The position numbers and the translations under genes were made by a program. From Phycisphaeraceae bacterium (GTDB lineage Bacteria > Planctomycetota > Phycisphaerae > Phycisphaerales > Phycisphaeraceae), in NCBI GenBank assembly GCA_963674705.1, contig OY771506.1:1152001-1216000 (forward strand): a stretch of DNA of 64,000 bases, given 5' to 3'. Below, in pieces: positions 31,397-40,591 of the stretch (position 1 is the first letter of the stretch; each line of letters begins with the position of its first letter). A model generated the notes under the pieces. The model did no database searches and was not told where the DNA came from. It saw only the letters and a list, made by a program, of their open reading frames with translations.

Positions 31397-31975
31397 ATGA
31401 TGAAGATGACTAGTTTGTTTATGTCTGTGATCGTTGCCGGCCTTGCTTGTGGTTCGGCGTTCGGTGGCGCCATTATCAGCCAGGTAAACGACCCCAACGT
31501 CCCAGAGGGCTACTGCGCGTGTGAGATTGTCTGGGAAGGTGGTGCCGACTGGACCAGTGCCGCGCTGGTTATTGATCTGACCAGTGGCTCTGTTTACCAG
31601 GACGCCTTCGGTGGTGACGGCCCGTACACCCCCGCCCTGCTGGTTCCGTTCCCGAGTGTTGAGTTCGATACGTATGTCGGTATCGTCGGAGGTGAGGGTA
31701 ATGGTATCGCTGGCGGCGCCGGTGACCTGGGCGGCGGCGCGTTAAGCCTGAATGCCCCCCATATCAGCGTCTCCTGGTTCAACACCGGCACCAACGACAC
31801 CGCCCCGGTGCGTATCGGGATGATCACCCTCAGCGATGATGCCAATGGTACATGGAAACTCCTGGCTGGTGGCGTTGTAATCGAAGGTACTCTTGAAGGC
31901 GGGTGGTGCATCCCCGAGCCGACATCGCTTGGGCTGCTTGGCCTTGGCGGACTGGCGCTGCTGCGTCGGCGGTGA
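31397..31975 (+). CDS. PEP-CTERM protein, tandem array member 4
   Basis: AGGAG SD; family motifs; CIPEPTS tail. Confidence 0.9.
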   Translation: MMKMTSLFMSVIVAGLACGSAFGGAIISQVNDPNVPEGYCACEIVWEGGADWTSAALVIDLTSGSVYQDAFGGDGPYTPALLVPFPSVEFDTYVGIVGGEGNGIAGGAGDLGGGALSLNAPHISVSWFNTGTNDTAPVRIGMITLSDDANGTWKLLAGGVVIEGTLEGGWCIPEPTSLGLLGLGGLALLRRR

Positions 31976-32026
31976 AGTGTAGAACGATAAGCATGTGATT
32001 CATAACCCCGAAACGGGAGGCTTGCG

Positions 32027-32605
32027 ATGAAGATGACCGGCCTGCTTATGTCGGCGGTTGCTGTGGGGCTCGTGAGTAATGTTGCACTGGGCAGCATCAG
32101 CATTAATCAGATTGACGATCCGAACGTGCCCGCCGGATATGTGGCCAACGAGATTGTCTGGAACGGTCCGGCCGACTGGACCAGTGCTAATCTCTGGATC
32201 AACCTGCCGACGGGTACGGCTTATCAGGACGCCTTCGGTGGTGACGGCCCGTACACCCCCGCCCTGCTGGTTCCGTTTCCGAGTGTTGAGTTCGATACGT
32301 ATGTCGGGATTGTTGGTGGTGAAGGCAACGGCATCCATGGGCCTTACACAGACGCTGGTGTAGTAAACGACTTAAGCATGAATGCTCCCCAGATCGGTGT
32401 TTACTGGTACAACACCGGCACGCAGGACACCGGCCCGGTGCGTATCGGGATGATCACGCTCAGTGAAGATGCGACGGGCGACTGGAAGTTGTTATCCGCC
32501 AACGTGCTCTACAGCGGAGATGTAGTAAACGGCGCGATGGTGCCGGAGCCGGCGTCGCTGGGGCTACTCTGTGTTGGTGGTTTGGCGCTACTGCGTCGGC
32601 GTTGA
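32027..32605 (+). CDS. PEP-CTERM protein, tandem array member 5
   Basis: GGGAGG SD; family motifs; VPEPAS tail. Confidence 0.9.
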   Translation: MKMTGLLMSAVAVGLVSNVALGSISINQIDDPNVPAGYVANEIVWNGPADWTSANLWINLPTGTAYQDAFGGDGPYTPALLVPFPSVEFDTYVGIVGGEGNGIHGPYTDAGVVNDLSMNAPQIGVYWYNTGTQDTGPVRIGMITLSEDATGDWKLLSANVLYSGDVVNGAMVPEPASLGLLCVGGLALLRRR

Positions 32606-32637
32606 TGAATTAGAAACTTTCATGGGATAGATTGATT

Positions 32638-32674
32638 GCGGCCGCTCGCTTTGTGTGGGCGGTCGTTTTTTATT
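32638..32674 (+). terminator. Intrinsic terminator closing the array
   Basis: GCGGCCGCTCGC / GTGGGCGGTCGT stem (with G-U pairs) followed by a T-run. Confidence 0.65.
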
Positions 32675-32835
32675 GGGCAGAAGTACGCGGCGATCTGCGA
32701 TCGCCCGCTAAACGTTCAGGGGTGGATTGGGGGGCGAAGGTGTAATACATGGGGGTTGGTTACGTCTTTATGTATGTGTGGGTGTTTCTGTTAGACTGCT
32801 GGTGAACACAACTCCTTTAGATACGGGGCACTACG

Positions 32836-35049
32836 ATGCAAAAACTGATATCGGCGATGCTGCTTGTTTTGTTGACGGTGACGACGGCGTGGGCCCAGCC
32901 TTTGGTTGAGCGTGTGCCGGGGGATGCGGTGGTGTATGTGGGTTGGCGCGGGGCGGACGATCCGGATTTGGGGTATGCCGGGTCGAACCTGGAGGCGATC
33001 ACCGCGTCGACGGATTTGCCGGGGGCGCTGAATCGGACATTGATGGTCATCCAGCAGGCCAACCCGGGTAACCCGTGGGTCGGCCTGGTGACGGGGCTGG
33101 TCGATTCGATCAGCTCGGCAAGCTGGCATCATCCGACGGCGGCGTATGTGCAGGCGTCGGGAGAGCCGCAGATGCCGGTGCGGTTGACGGTGATGTGGGA
33201 GGTTGAAGGCGAAGCGGCGCAGAAGCTGTTGATGTCATTGGAAGACCTGGTGGCGCAGGTTCCACCTGATGCACCGCTGATGGTCGGGCAGGAAGACGGA
33301 CTGGTGTCGCTCACGATCGGCCCCGCCCCCGGAAGTAATACCGCCCCCGAGGGTGAAGCGGCCGAGATGGAGGCCGGGCTGCTTGGGCAAGCGGAAGGTT
33401 TCAAGCGTGCGATGAAGCAGGTTGATGCCGAGGGCTTGATGGTGGTTTACGTCGATGCGCAGGGGTTGCTTAATTTGATCGACGATTTTGCCGCGACCGA
33501 GTCGCCGCGTGAGCAGCAGCAGTGGATGACACTGCGTGCGGCGCTGGGGCTTGAAGGTTTGAACGGCCTGGCGGTGTCGGCGGGGTTTGATGGTAAGGAC
33601 TGGCGGTGCGATTCGTTCATCGATGCGCCCTCGCCGCGCACGGGTTTGCTGGCGCTGTTGGACGGCGAGCCGATCACGGATGCGGAGTTGAGGGTGGTGC
33701 CTGCCGAGGCGACGTGTGTCACGGTGTTCCGCCTTGATCTTGGCATGCTTCTGGATGAGGTGAGGCGCGTCGCCGGTGAGATCGATCCGGAGGCGCTGGA
33801 AGAACTCAACCAGGCGCTGATGCAGGCGGACGAGATGACGGGCGTGAACATCGAGGGCGACCTGATCCGCGCGTTGGGTTCTGGCTGGGTGTTGTACACC
33901 GATCCGGGCGCGACCGGCAGCGGGATCATGGGCCTGACGCTGGTGAATCAGTTGAAGGATGCGGATGCGGCGGAGCGTTCGCTGACTTCGCTTCAGGCGC
34001 TGGCTAACGCGATGATGGGCCAGGCGGGCGGCCGATCGGGGATACGTGTGCGGTTCCACACGGTGGAAGAGAACGGGATGACGATGTACACGTTGGGCAT
34101 CCCGTTTGTTGCGCCGACGTGGTCGGTGCATGACGGGAAGCTGTACGCGGGTTTGTATCAGCAGACGGTGAGTCAGGCCGGGACGCGTGCGACGGCCGGG
34201 GGCAAGAGCATTCTGGATAACAAGGGATTCAGGCGGGTGATGGATCGGCTGGATGCGGGGAGTCGGCCGAACAAGATTGTCTTCACCGATCTGCCGCGAA
34301 CGGCGGAGGATTCGTACGCCAACATGGTGATGATCACGCAGATGGGTACGGGCTTCCTGTCGATGTTCGGCGGGCAGCACGTGCCGCCGATGTTGCCGCC
34401 TTACGCTCAGATCGAGCCGGTGCTTTCGCCGTCGGGCGAGGTGGCGTGGGCGGATGCCGCGGGATATCACGGCCGAATGATCAGCCCCTTCCCGGGTTCG
34501 GCATTCCTCGGCCCGCAGGGGAGTATGAACTCGATGTCGACGGCGCCGGTACTGGTCGGGACGATGTTGCCGGCGCTGGGTGCGGCTCGGCGCTCTGCAC
34601 GGCAGATGAAGAGCACAACGCAGTGCCGGGGGATCGTGCAGACGCAGGTCATGTATGGTTCGTCTCACAAAGACGTGATGGCGAACGACATCGCGGAACT
34701 GGCTCAAGGCAATTACTTCTCGGTTGAGTATGTGATCTCACCCAGCGTGGGGATTTCTATTCCGTGGGACTACAAGCAATGGGATGAACAGAAGCAGAAC
34801 GAGTGGGTTCGGCAGAACGCTTCGTATGTGTTGATTCCCGATCTTAAGGTGGATATCGATCGTAATACGGTATGTGTATTTGAACGGCCGGATCATTCAG
34901 GCGGCGGCGGGATTGCCGTCGGTTTTAATGATGGCAGCGCGCAGTTCATGGACGAATGGGAAGCGCGTCAGATGATTGAAGCACAGACCGGCAAGACGTT
35001 GGAGGAATTGGTTCAGCGTCAGCAGAACTACAAGCCGGCGTCCGAGTAA
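32836..35049 (+). CDS. Exported protein with an internal pilin-like helix and C-terminal H..DG segment
   Basis: Sec signal (TTAWA/Q); internal LVGTMLPALGAARRSARQMKSTTQCRGI; C-terminal HSGGGGIAVGFNDGS. Confidence 0.8.
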   Translation: MQKLISAMLLVLLTVTTAWAQPLVERVPGDAVVYVGWRGADDPDLGYAGSNLEAITASTDLPGALNRTLMVIQQANPGNPWVGLVTGLVDSISSASWHHPTAAYVQASGEPQMPVRLTVMWEVEGEAAQKLLMSLEDLVAQVPPDAPLMVGQEDGLVSLTIGPAPGSNTAPEGEAAEMEAGLLGQAEGFKRAMKQVDAEGLMVVYVDAQGLLNLIDDFAATESPREQQQWMTLRAALGLEGLNGLAVSAGFDGKDWRCDSFIDAPSPRTGLLALLDGEPITDAELRVVPAEATCVTVFRLDLGMLLDEVRRVAGEIDPEALEELNQALMQADEMTGVNIEGDLIRALGSGWVLYTDPGATGSGIMGLTLVNQLKDADAAERSLTSLQALANAMMGQAGGRSGIRVRFHTVEENGMTMYTLGIPFVAPTWSVHDGKLYAGLYQQTVSQAGTRATAGGKSILDNKGFRRVMDRLDAGSRPNKIVFTDLPRTAEDSYANMVMITQMGTGFLSMFGGQHVPPMLPPYAQIEPVLSPSGEVAWADAAGYHGRMISPFPGSAFLGPQGSMNSMSTAPVLVGTMLPALGAARRSARQMKSTTQCRGIVQTQVMYGSSHKDVMANDIAELAQGNYFSVEYVISPSVGISIPWDYKQWDEQKQNEWVRQNASYVLIPDLKVDIDRNTVCVFERPDHSGGGGIAVGFNDGSAQFMDEWEARQMIEAQTGKTLEELVQRQQNYKPASE

Positions 35050-35072
35050 TTTTTAAAAAGTTATTGAGTCAA

Positions 35073-35117
35073 TAAAAAACAGCCCCCGGCGGTAACCGGG
35101 GGTTTTTGTTTGTTTTA
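35073..35117. terminator. Bidirectional intrinsic terminator between convergent genes
   Basis: A-run, CCCCCGG / CCGGGGG stem, T-run; second hairpin CCCCACCC/GGGTGGGG at ~35148-35167. Confidence 0.75.
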
Positions 35118-35224
35118 CAGTGAGCGTAAGGCTTATGTTTAAGAAAACCCCACCCTTCCGGGTGGGGCTATTGTGTGTTTTTCTTGAAGTTGAGGCGTTC
35201 AAGAACGCTCAACCGATACTATCG

Positions 35225-35257
35225 CCCGAACCCCGAACCCCGAACCCCGAACCCCGA
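35225..35257. repeat. Heptamer tandem repeat (CCCGAAC)4.7, G-rich on the transcribed strand, abutting the epimerase stop
   Basis: Read directly; adjacent to the stop codon at 35258-35260. Confidence 0.9.
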
Positions 35258-36214
35258 CTATAGGTATTGCTTCTGGTACCACGCCCAGAGTTTAGCCAGG
35301 CCATCGGCGACGGGGATTTTCGGCGCGTAGCCCAACAGATTGCGTGCCTTGTCGATGTTGGCGAAGGTGATCTTCGGTTCGCTCGCCGGGGCGGGCGGGG
35401 TTTCGAGGATTGCTTTTTTACCGATGAGGTCTTCGACGATGGTGACGAAGTCTTTCATGAGGACGGGTTCGCCTCGTCCGAGGTTGATGACCTCGTAGCC
35501 GAGCGGTTTATCCATCGCGGCGCTGACACCGGAGACGATGTCTTCGACAAAGGTCCAGTCGCGTTTCATGTCGCCGCCGTCGAAGAGGGTGATTGGTTCA
35601 GCCCGTACGATGCGGTCGGTGATCATGAAGGGCATCATGTCGGGCCTGGCGCGTGGGCCGTAGACGCTGAAGAATCGCAGGGCGGTGAAGTTCATGCCGT
35701 GCAGGTTGTGATAGGTGTAGCCCATCAGCTCGATGGCTTTTTTGCTTGCAGGGTAAGCGGAGAGCGGCAGGTTACAGGCGTCGGTCTCGATGAACGGCAG
35801 GTTCTGGGTTTTGCCGTAGATGCTGCTGGTGCTGGCGAAGGCGAAGACTTGCACATCGTTATGATGCGCCGCTTCGAGGAGGTTGACCGAGCCGGTGATG
35901 TTGACGTCCGTGTAAAGCGGGGCGCGTCCGATGGAGTAGCGGACGTTCGCCATCGCGGCGAGGTGCGCGACGGCGCGCGGCTTATGATCGGCGAAGATAG
36001 CTTTGACCGCTTCGTTATCGCGGATGTCCACTTCCCAGAGCGTGAAGTTTTTGTCGTCGATAAAGTTGGCGACGTTAGCGTGCTTCTGTTCGACGCTGTA
36101 GTAGTCGTTGAAGTTGTCGATGCCGATGACGTGACAGCCCTGCGCGAGTTTGACCTGGCAGAGGTGGGAGCCGATGAGGCCGGCTGCGCCGGTGATTAGT
36201 ACGGTGTTGGACAT
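35258..36214 (-). CDS. NAD-dependent epimerase/dehydratase (UDP-glucuronate 4-epimerase-like)
   Basis: LITGAAGLIGSH, IDNFNDYY, HLAAMANVRYS, YPASKK, RFFSVYGP..RPDM; start re-assigned to ATG 36214. Confidence 0.9.
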   Translation of the reverse strand: MSNTVLITGAAGLIGSHLCQVKLAQGCHVIGIDNFNDYYSVEQKHANVANFIDDKNFTLWEVDIRDNEAVKAIFADHKPRAVAHLAAMANVRYSIGRAPLYTDVNITGSVNLLEAAHHNDVQVFAFASTSSIYGKTQNLPFIETDACNLPLSAYPASKKAIELMGYTYHNLHGMNFTALRFFSVYGPRARPDMMPFMITDRIVRAEPITLFDGGDMKRDWTFVEDIVSGVSAAMDKPLGYEVINLGRGEPVLMKDFVTIVEDLIGKKAILETPPAPASEPKITFANIDKARNLLGYAPKIPVADGLAKLWAWYQKQYL

Positions 36215-36246
36215 ATCGGGTTTCGGGTATCGGGTTTCGGGTATCG
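36215..36246. repeat. Heptamer tandem repeat TCGGGT(T/A) x4.5, C-rich on the transcribed strand, abutting the epimerase ATG
   Basis: Read directly. Confidence 0.9.
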
Positions 36247-36323
36247 TAAAAACATCTACAAGCAAGGCGATCCGAGATCGTCCGCTAAACATCGTAGCAG
36301 AAGACTATGGGCTAACAGGTTTC

Positions 36324-37169
36324 TCACCTCACCGGATTGGTAAAGCGGTTGTCTTTTCGCAGGCCTTCGCGGTATCGGCCGTGAGCGCCGTTGAGGGTGG
36401 ATTTACGGATGGCGTCGGTGAGTGCTTTGACCATCCAGTTGCCGTTGTATTGCGCATCCAATTCATCCAGCGCGGTAAAGCTGGCACCGCCGGTATCTTC
36501 GCTGGCGCGTTTGAACAGCACTTTCCACGCTTCTTTCAGACATTTTTCGTCATCGGGCGAGAAGCCGTGGCGTTTCAGGCCGATTGCATTGACGCCGCGG
36601 ATGCGCGAGGGGTTGCCCTCGGCGATCATGAAGGGCGGCACATCGTAGACGATGCGTGTCATCCCGCCGACGTAGGCGTACTGTCCGATGGTGACGAAGT
36701 GATGGCAGGCGGTAGCGCCGCCGACGGTGGCGTGGTCGTCGATATGGACGTGGCCGGCGAACTGGACGCCGTTGCAGATGACGGTGTGGTTCCCGACGAC
36801 GCAGTCGTGGCCGAGGTGGGCGTAGGCCATGATCAGGTTGTGGTCGCCGACGGTGGTGACGCTCTGGTCGTTATGCGTGCCTTTATGGATGGTGACGTTT
36901 TCGCGGATGTCGTTGTGGTCGCCGATGATCAGTTCGCTGTCTTCGCCCTTGAACTTCAGGTCCTGTGGATCGGCGCCGAGTGTTGTGAAGGGCCAGACCG
37001 TGTTGTCTGTTCCAAGCGTTGTGCGTCCGAGGACGCAGACGTGGCTGACCAGCCGTGTGCCGGGGCCAAGTGTTGTTTGAGGCCCGACCCGACAGAACGG
37101 CCCGATGACCACATCCTCAGCGAGTGTGGCGCCGTCTTCAACTACCGAACTGTCGTGGATGGTGGGCAT
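36324..37169 (-). CDS. lpxA: UDP-N-acetylglucosamine acyltransferase
   Basis: Hexapeptide repeats; PQDLKFKG, IRENVTIH.GT, HLGHDC, AGHV, DVPPF. Confidence 0.95.
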   Translation of the reverse strand: MPTIHDSSVVEDGATLAEDVVIGPFCRVGPQTTLGPGTRLVSHVCVLGRTTLGTDNTVWPFTTLGADPQDLKFKGEDSELIIGDHNDIRENVTIHKGTHNDQSVTTVGDHNLIMAYAHLGHDCVVGNHTVICNGVQFAGHVHIDDHATVGGATACHHFVTIGQYAYVGGMTRIVYDVPPFMIAEGNPSRIRGVNAIGLKRHGFSPDDEKCLKEAWKVLFKRASEDTGGASFTALDELDAQYNGNWMVKALTDAIRKSTLNGAHGRYREGLRKDNRFTNPVR

Positions 37170-37238
37170 GGGCAAAAGCAGGACAGCAGAAAATTAGGAA
37201 AGCAGGAAATAAAGCCGGGGTTAAAGATCGTTTTCTTT

Positions 37239-37287
37239 CGATACCCGATACCCGATACCCGATACCCGATACCCGATACCCAGACCC
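37239..37287. repeat. Heptamer tandem repeat (CGATACC)6+CAGACCC, G-rich on the transcribed strand, abutting the lpxC-fabZ stop
   Basis: Read directly; stop codon at 37288-37290. Confidence 0.92.
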
Positions 37288-38604
37288 CTACTTTCCTTGA
37301 TCGTCATCGACCAGCATGAATTTGACCTCGGCTTCGGCGGCGAGGTCCTCCGCGACGTAAGCCCGGCATCGCATGTGGACGATCCGGCCGCGCATCTTGA
37401 CGCTGACGGCCTCCATCATGAGTTGGTCGCCCGGGGTTACGGGACGGCGCAGTTTCACGCGGTCCAGAGATAACAGGACGGCCAGCTTGCCGGTGTGTTC
37501 CAGTTTCTGTCCGATCAGGACGCCGGAAAGTTGCGCCATCGCTTCGACGACGAGCACGCCGGGCATGATCGGTGTCCCGGGGTAATGTCCCTGGAAGAAA
37601 GGTTCGTTGATCGACACATTCTTGATGCCAACCGCGCGGCGGTCGCCGTCGATTTCGACGACACGATCGACCAGCAGCATGGGGTAGCGGTGTGGCAGGA
37701 ACTTGTGGATCTTGCGGATGTCGAAGACGCTTTGGTGTGAGCCGATGTAGTTGCGGACGCTGGCTTCGTGCGTCTTGATCAGTTGCCGGACGAGTTGGTG
37801 ATTCATCGCGTGCCCGGATTTGTGTGCGATGATTCGGCCCTTGATCGGGCAGCCGAGCAGGTAGAGGTCGCCGATCAGGTCCAGCAGTTTGTGTCGGGCC
37901 GGCTCGTCCTCGAAGCGCATCTGGTTACTGCCCATCGGGCCGTTGTCGCCGATGACCAGCACGTCGTCTTCGGAGAGGTGTGAGCCTTGTCCGGTTTCAC
38001 GCAGTGCGCGGGCTTCGCGTTCGAGGATGTAGGTTCTTGCTGGGGCGATTTCGTGAGCGTAGTTGCCGTTCTGGAAGCTGAACTGATGGGTTTGTCGACC
38101 GAGCGGATTATTCGGGCCGTAGTCCAGCTCGTAGAGCAACTGGGTGTCGTCGGTTTCATTGCATGGCATGGCGGCGACCATGGCATCATCCTGCTGAACG
38201 ACGACGGGATACCGAACGACAAGGCAATGCTTGGGCTGGTCGCTGGATTCGGTGCCCGCCTCGGTCAGGGCGTCGAGGAACGGTTTTGCCGAGCCGTCCA
38301 TCGCGGGCAGTTCGGGGGCATCGATCTCGATCTGGAGGTTGTCGATGCCGAGGCCGGCGATGGCGGAGAGGCAGTGTTCGCAGGTTTCGATGATGGCGTC
38401 GCCGGAGCGTAGCGCGGTTCTGCGTGGCCGACGGACGACGTGGGAGACCAGAGCGGGGACTTCGATGCCGCCGAGGTCGGTACGGATAAAGCGCACGCCG
38501 TGATTGGGCTCGGCGGGCTTGAAAGTGACCTTCGCCGGCTGTCCGTGGAACAGCCCCGGGCCGGAGAGGGAAACGGGTTTGCAGATGGTCTGCTGGCCTG
38601 ACAT
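37288..38604 (-). CDS. lpxC-fabZ: Bifunctional LpxC deacetylase / FabZ 3-hydroxyacyl-ACP dehydratase
   Basis: EHCLSA, ELPAMDGSA, EIAPARTY, RHKLLDLIGD, SGH (LpxC); LPHRYPMLLVDR, FQGHYP..PIMPGVL.VEAMAQ (FabZ). Confidence 0.95.
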   Translation of the reverse strand: MSGQQTICKPVSLSGPGLFHGQPAKVTFKPAEPNHGVRFIRTDLGGIEVPALVSHVVRRPRRTALRSGDAIIETCEHCLSAIAGLGIDNLQIEIDAPELPAMDGSAKPFLDALTEAGTESSDQPKHCLVVRYPVVVQQDDAMVAAMPCNETDDTQLLYELDYGPNNPLGRQTHQFSFQNGNYAHEIAPARTYILEREARALRETGQGSHLSEDDVLVIGDNGPMGSNQMRFEDEPARHKLLDLIGDLYLLGCPIKGRIIAHKSGHAMNHQLVRQLIKTHEASVRNYIGSHQSVFDIRKIHKFLPHRYPMLLVDRVVEIDGDRRAVGIKNVSINEPFFQGHYPGTPIMPGVLVVEAMAQLSGVLIGQKLEHTGKLAVLLSLDRVKLRRPVTPGDQLMMEAVSVKMRGRIVHMRCRAYVAEDLAAEAEVKFMLVDDDQGK

Positions 38605-38697
38605 AACTCAATGATACCCGGGCACGGCCGTTGTCGGCCCGGCATACCGGCTACGCGCCGGGATCAGTAGAACATTTTGATTCCACCGGGGTCTATT

Positions 38698-39729
38698 CTA
38701 ACGGCGTCTGAGTTCTTTCAAAAGATCGGGCAGGCGTTTCAGGGCCTGAACCTCACGCATCGCCTCCCGGATGGGTCTGGCGGGCATGCCGCCGCAGATC
38801 GCCCCATCGGGGATCTCGGTGGCGACCATCGACCCGCCGGCAAGCTGTACGCCTTTGCCGATCACGACGTGGTCCGCGATGGCCCCGTGGCCGCCGATCA
38901 TGGTACCGTCGCCGATGACGGTGGAGCCGCCAATACCGGTGCAGCCGGAGACCACGACCAATCTGCCCAGTTGGCAGTTGTGGCCGATCTGGACGAGATT
39001 ATCAATCTTGCAGCCGTCGCCGATGACGGTGGCGTTGCACTTGGCGCGGTCGATGCAGGCGCCCGCTCCGACTTCCACGTCGTTGCCTATCTGGACGGTG
39101 CCGATCTGCGGGGTCTTGACGATGGTCGGGCCGTTTTCTGTCATTTCCGGGCGGTAGCCGAATCCATCAGCGCCGATGACGGCGTTGGGATGGAACGCAC
39201 AGCGGTCGCCGATGGTGCAGCGGTCTCGGATGACGACGCCGGGCCAGAAAATGCAGTCTTTGCCGACCGTGGTTTCGTCGAGGATGGTGACGTTGTTGTG
39301 CAGGACGCAGTTCTCACCGAGCGTGACGCCGGACCCGATCACGCAGAACGGGCCGATCTTCACGCTGTCGGGGACTCGTGCGGTTTCGCTGACGATAGCG
39401 GTTGGGTGGATGCCGGAGTTCGTATGAACGGGCGGTGGTGCGAATAGCGATAACGTCTTATTAAATGCGAGGTCGGCGTTGTCGACCCAGATAATGGTTT
39501 TGTTATCCGGGTTGGTGCATTTCAGGCCGCGTTTGATCAGCGCTGTTGTGGCGGGACAATCGACCCATCGATCGGCGTATCGCTGTGTGCCGATGAGCGT
39601 GAGATGGCCGGCCTCTGCTTGATCGAAGTCGCTGACGCCGCTGACCTGGATATCTTCGGCGCCTTGTAATTCACCACCGACAAGCTTGGCGATAGTGGCG
39701 GCGGTTTGTGAAGGCGTGTGGGGGCTCAA
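38698..39729 (-). CDS. lpxD: UDP-3-O-acylglucosamine N-acyltransferase
   Basis: GIHPTA, IGADGFGY, PQIG.V.IG.DVEVGA..CIDRA, KIDNLVQIGHN; start uncertain (TTG 39729 chosen). Confidence 0.93.
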   Translation of the reverse strand: MSPHTPSQTAATIAKLVGGELQGAEDIQVSGVSDFDQAEAGHLTLIGTQRYADRWVDCPATTALIKRGLKCTNPDNKTIIWVDNADLAFNKTLSLFAPPPVHTNSGIHPTAIVSETARVPDSVKIGPFCVIGSGVTLGENCVLHNNVTILDETTVGKDCIFWPGVVIRDRCTIGDRCAFHPNAVIGADGFGYRPEMTENGPTIVKTPQIGTVQIGNDVEVGAGACIDRAKCNATVIGDGCKIDNLVQIGHNCQLGRLVVVSGCTGIGGSTVIGDGTMIGGHGAIADHVVIGKGVQLAGGSMVATEIPDGAICGGMPARPIREAMREVQALKRLPDLLKELRRR

Positions 39730-39828
39730 GGCTCGGCCTTTGGTTGGGTAATACGAAACCCCGGGCACGGAGCCCGGGGCTATGGGGGGTCATTACAGGG
39801 GGTCGCTCATCAGGACAGTAGAGTCTGA

Positions 39829-40443
39829 TCAGCGGCTGTTTTCAAACGCGTTGTTCATGTACTTGGCCACCGCGTCGGTGATGTCAACGCTGTCGCTAGA
39901 CCACGCCACGATGTTGATGTTCGCGGCCTGAACGCGGCCCTGCTGATTGGTGCCCAGACGGATCGTCTGCTGCTTGAACAGGACCATGTCGATGTTCTGG
40001 GCTTCGGCGACAGCCTGGATCGCTTCGCCGGCCTTATTGGTCAACGCTTCGATCTTGGCGCCGTTTTCACGGCCGACTTTGTTCTGTTCGTAAGCGGCCC
40101 AGAGCTGGTAATCGAGGGCGGCCTTTTCATACTTCTCTAAAGCCTCGGCGTAGGGCGGTGTGCCCGGGACCAGCATGTCCATGTCCTGCTGAAGTTGCGC
40201 GATTTCCTTTTGACGATCGTCGCGCTCGGCGGTCAGCTTGGTGCGGATGGTTTCCATATCCGCATCCATCTGCTGTTTCTCACGCAGGGCATCGTAAAGG
40301 GTGCGCAGGTCGACGACGGCGACGGAGGTGGGCTCACCGCTGAGCACGCCCTGGGCCTTGACGCCCACCAGCCCCACCGCCAGCACTACCAGGGCGGCCG
40401 AGGTGATCAGAATATTTCGTTTGATGTGCATGTGTCTCTCCAT
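39829..40443 (-). CDS. skp: OmpH/Skp outer-membrane chaperone
   Basis: Signal peptide, VAVVDL, coiled coil, AVAE...DMVL, DIT..V; lies between bamA and lpxD. Confidence 0.85.
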   Translation of the reverse strand: MERHMHIKRNILITSAALVVLAVGLVGVKAQGVLSGEPTSVAVVDLRTLYDALREKQQMDADMETIRTKLTAERDDRQKEIAQLQQDMDMLVPGTPPYAEALEKYEKAALDYQLWAAYEQNKVGRENGAKIEALTNKAGEAIQAVAEAQNIDMVLFKQQTIRLGTNQQGRVQAANINIVAWSSDSVDITDAVAKYMNNAFENSR

Positions 40444-40591
40444 GGCTTGGCGGGCTTTCGGCCAACCGGCGTGCCGGCCCGCGGGTGTTCTAAACTCGAC
40501 AATTACAGGGATTATATCCGGATGTAACGCGTCGTATTGGTTAACTCATCATACGTCTGGTGATCATGTTGTGTTCGTGAATCCACTGGAC

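Noticed and set aside
29300..32310. CRISPR array suggested by recurring ~80-nt blocks
   Set aside because: The blocks are in-frame coding parts of paralogs, hundreds of nt apart; no cas genes.
37288..38604. LpxC-FabZ fusion and stand-alone CoaB (56729-57370) as novelties
   Set aside because: Both architectures are already known in other bacterial lineages.
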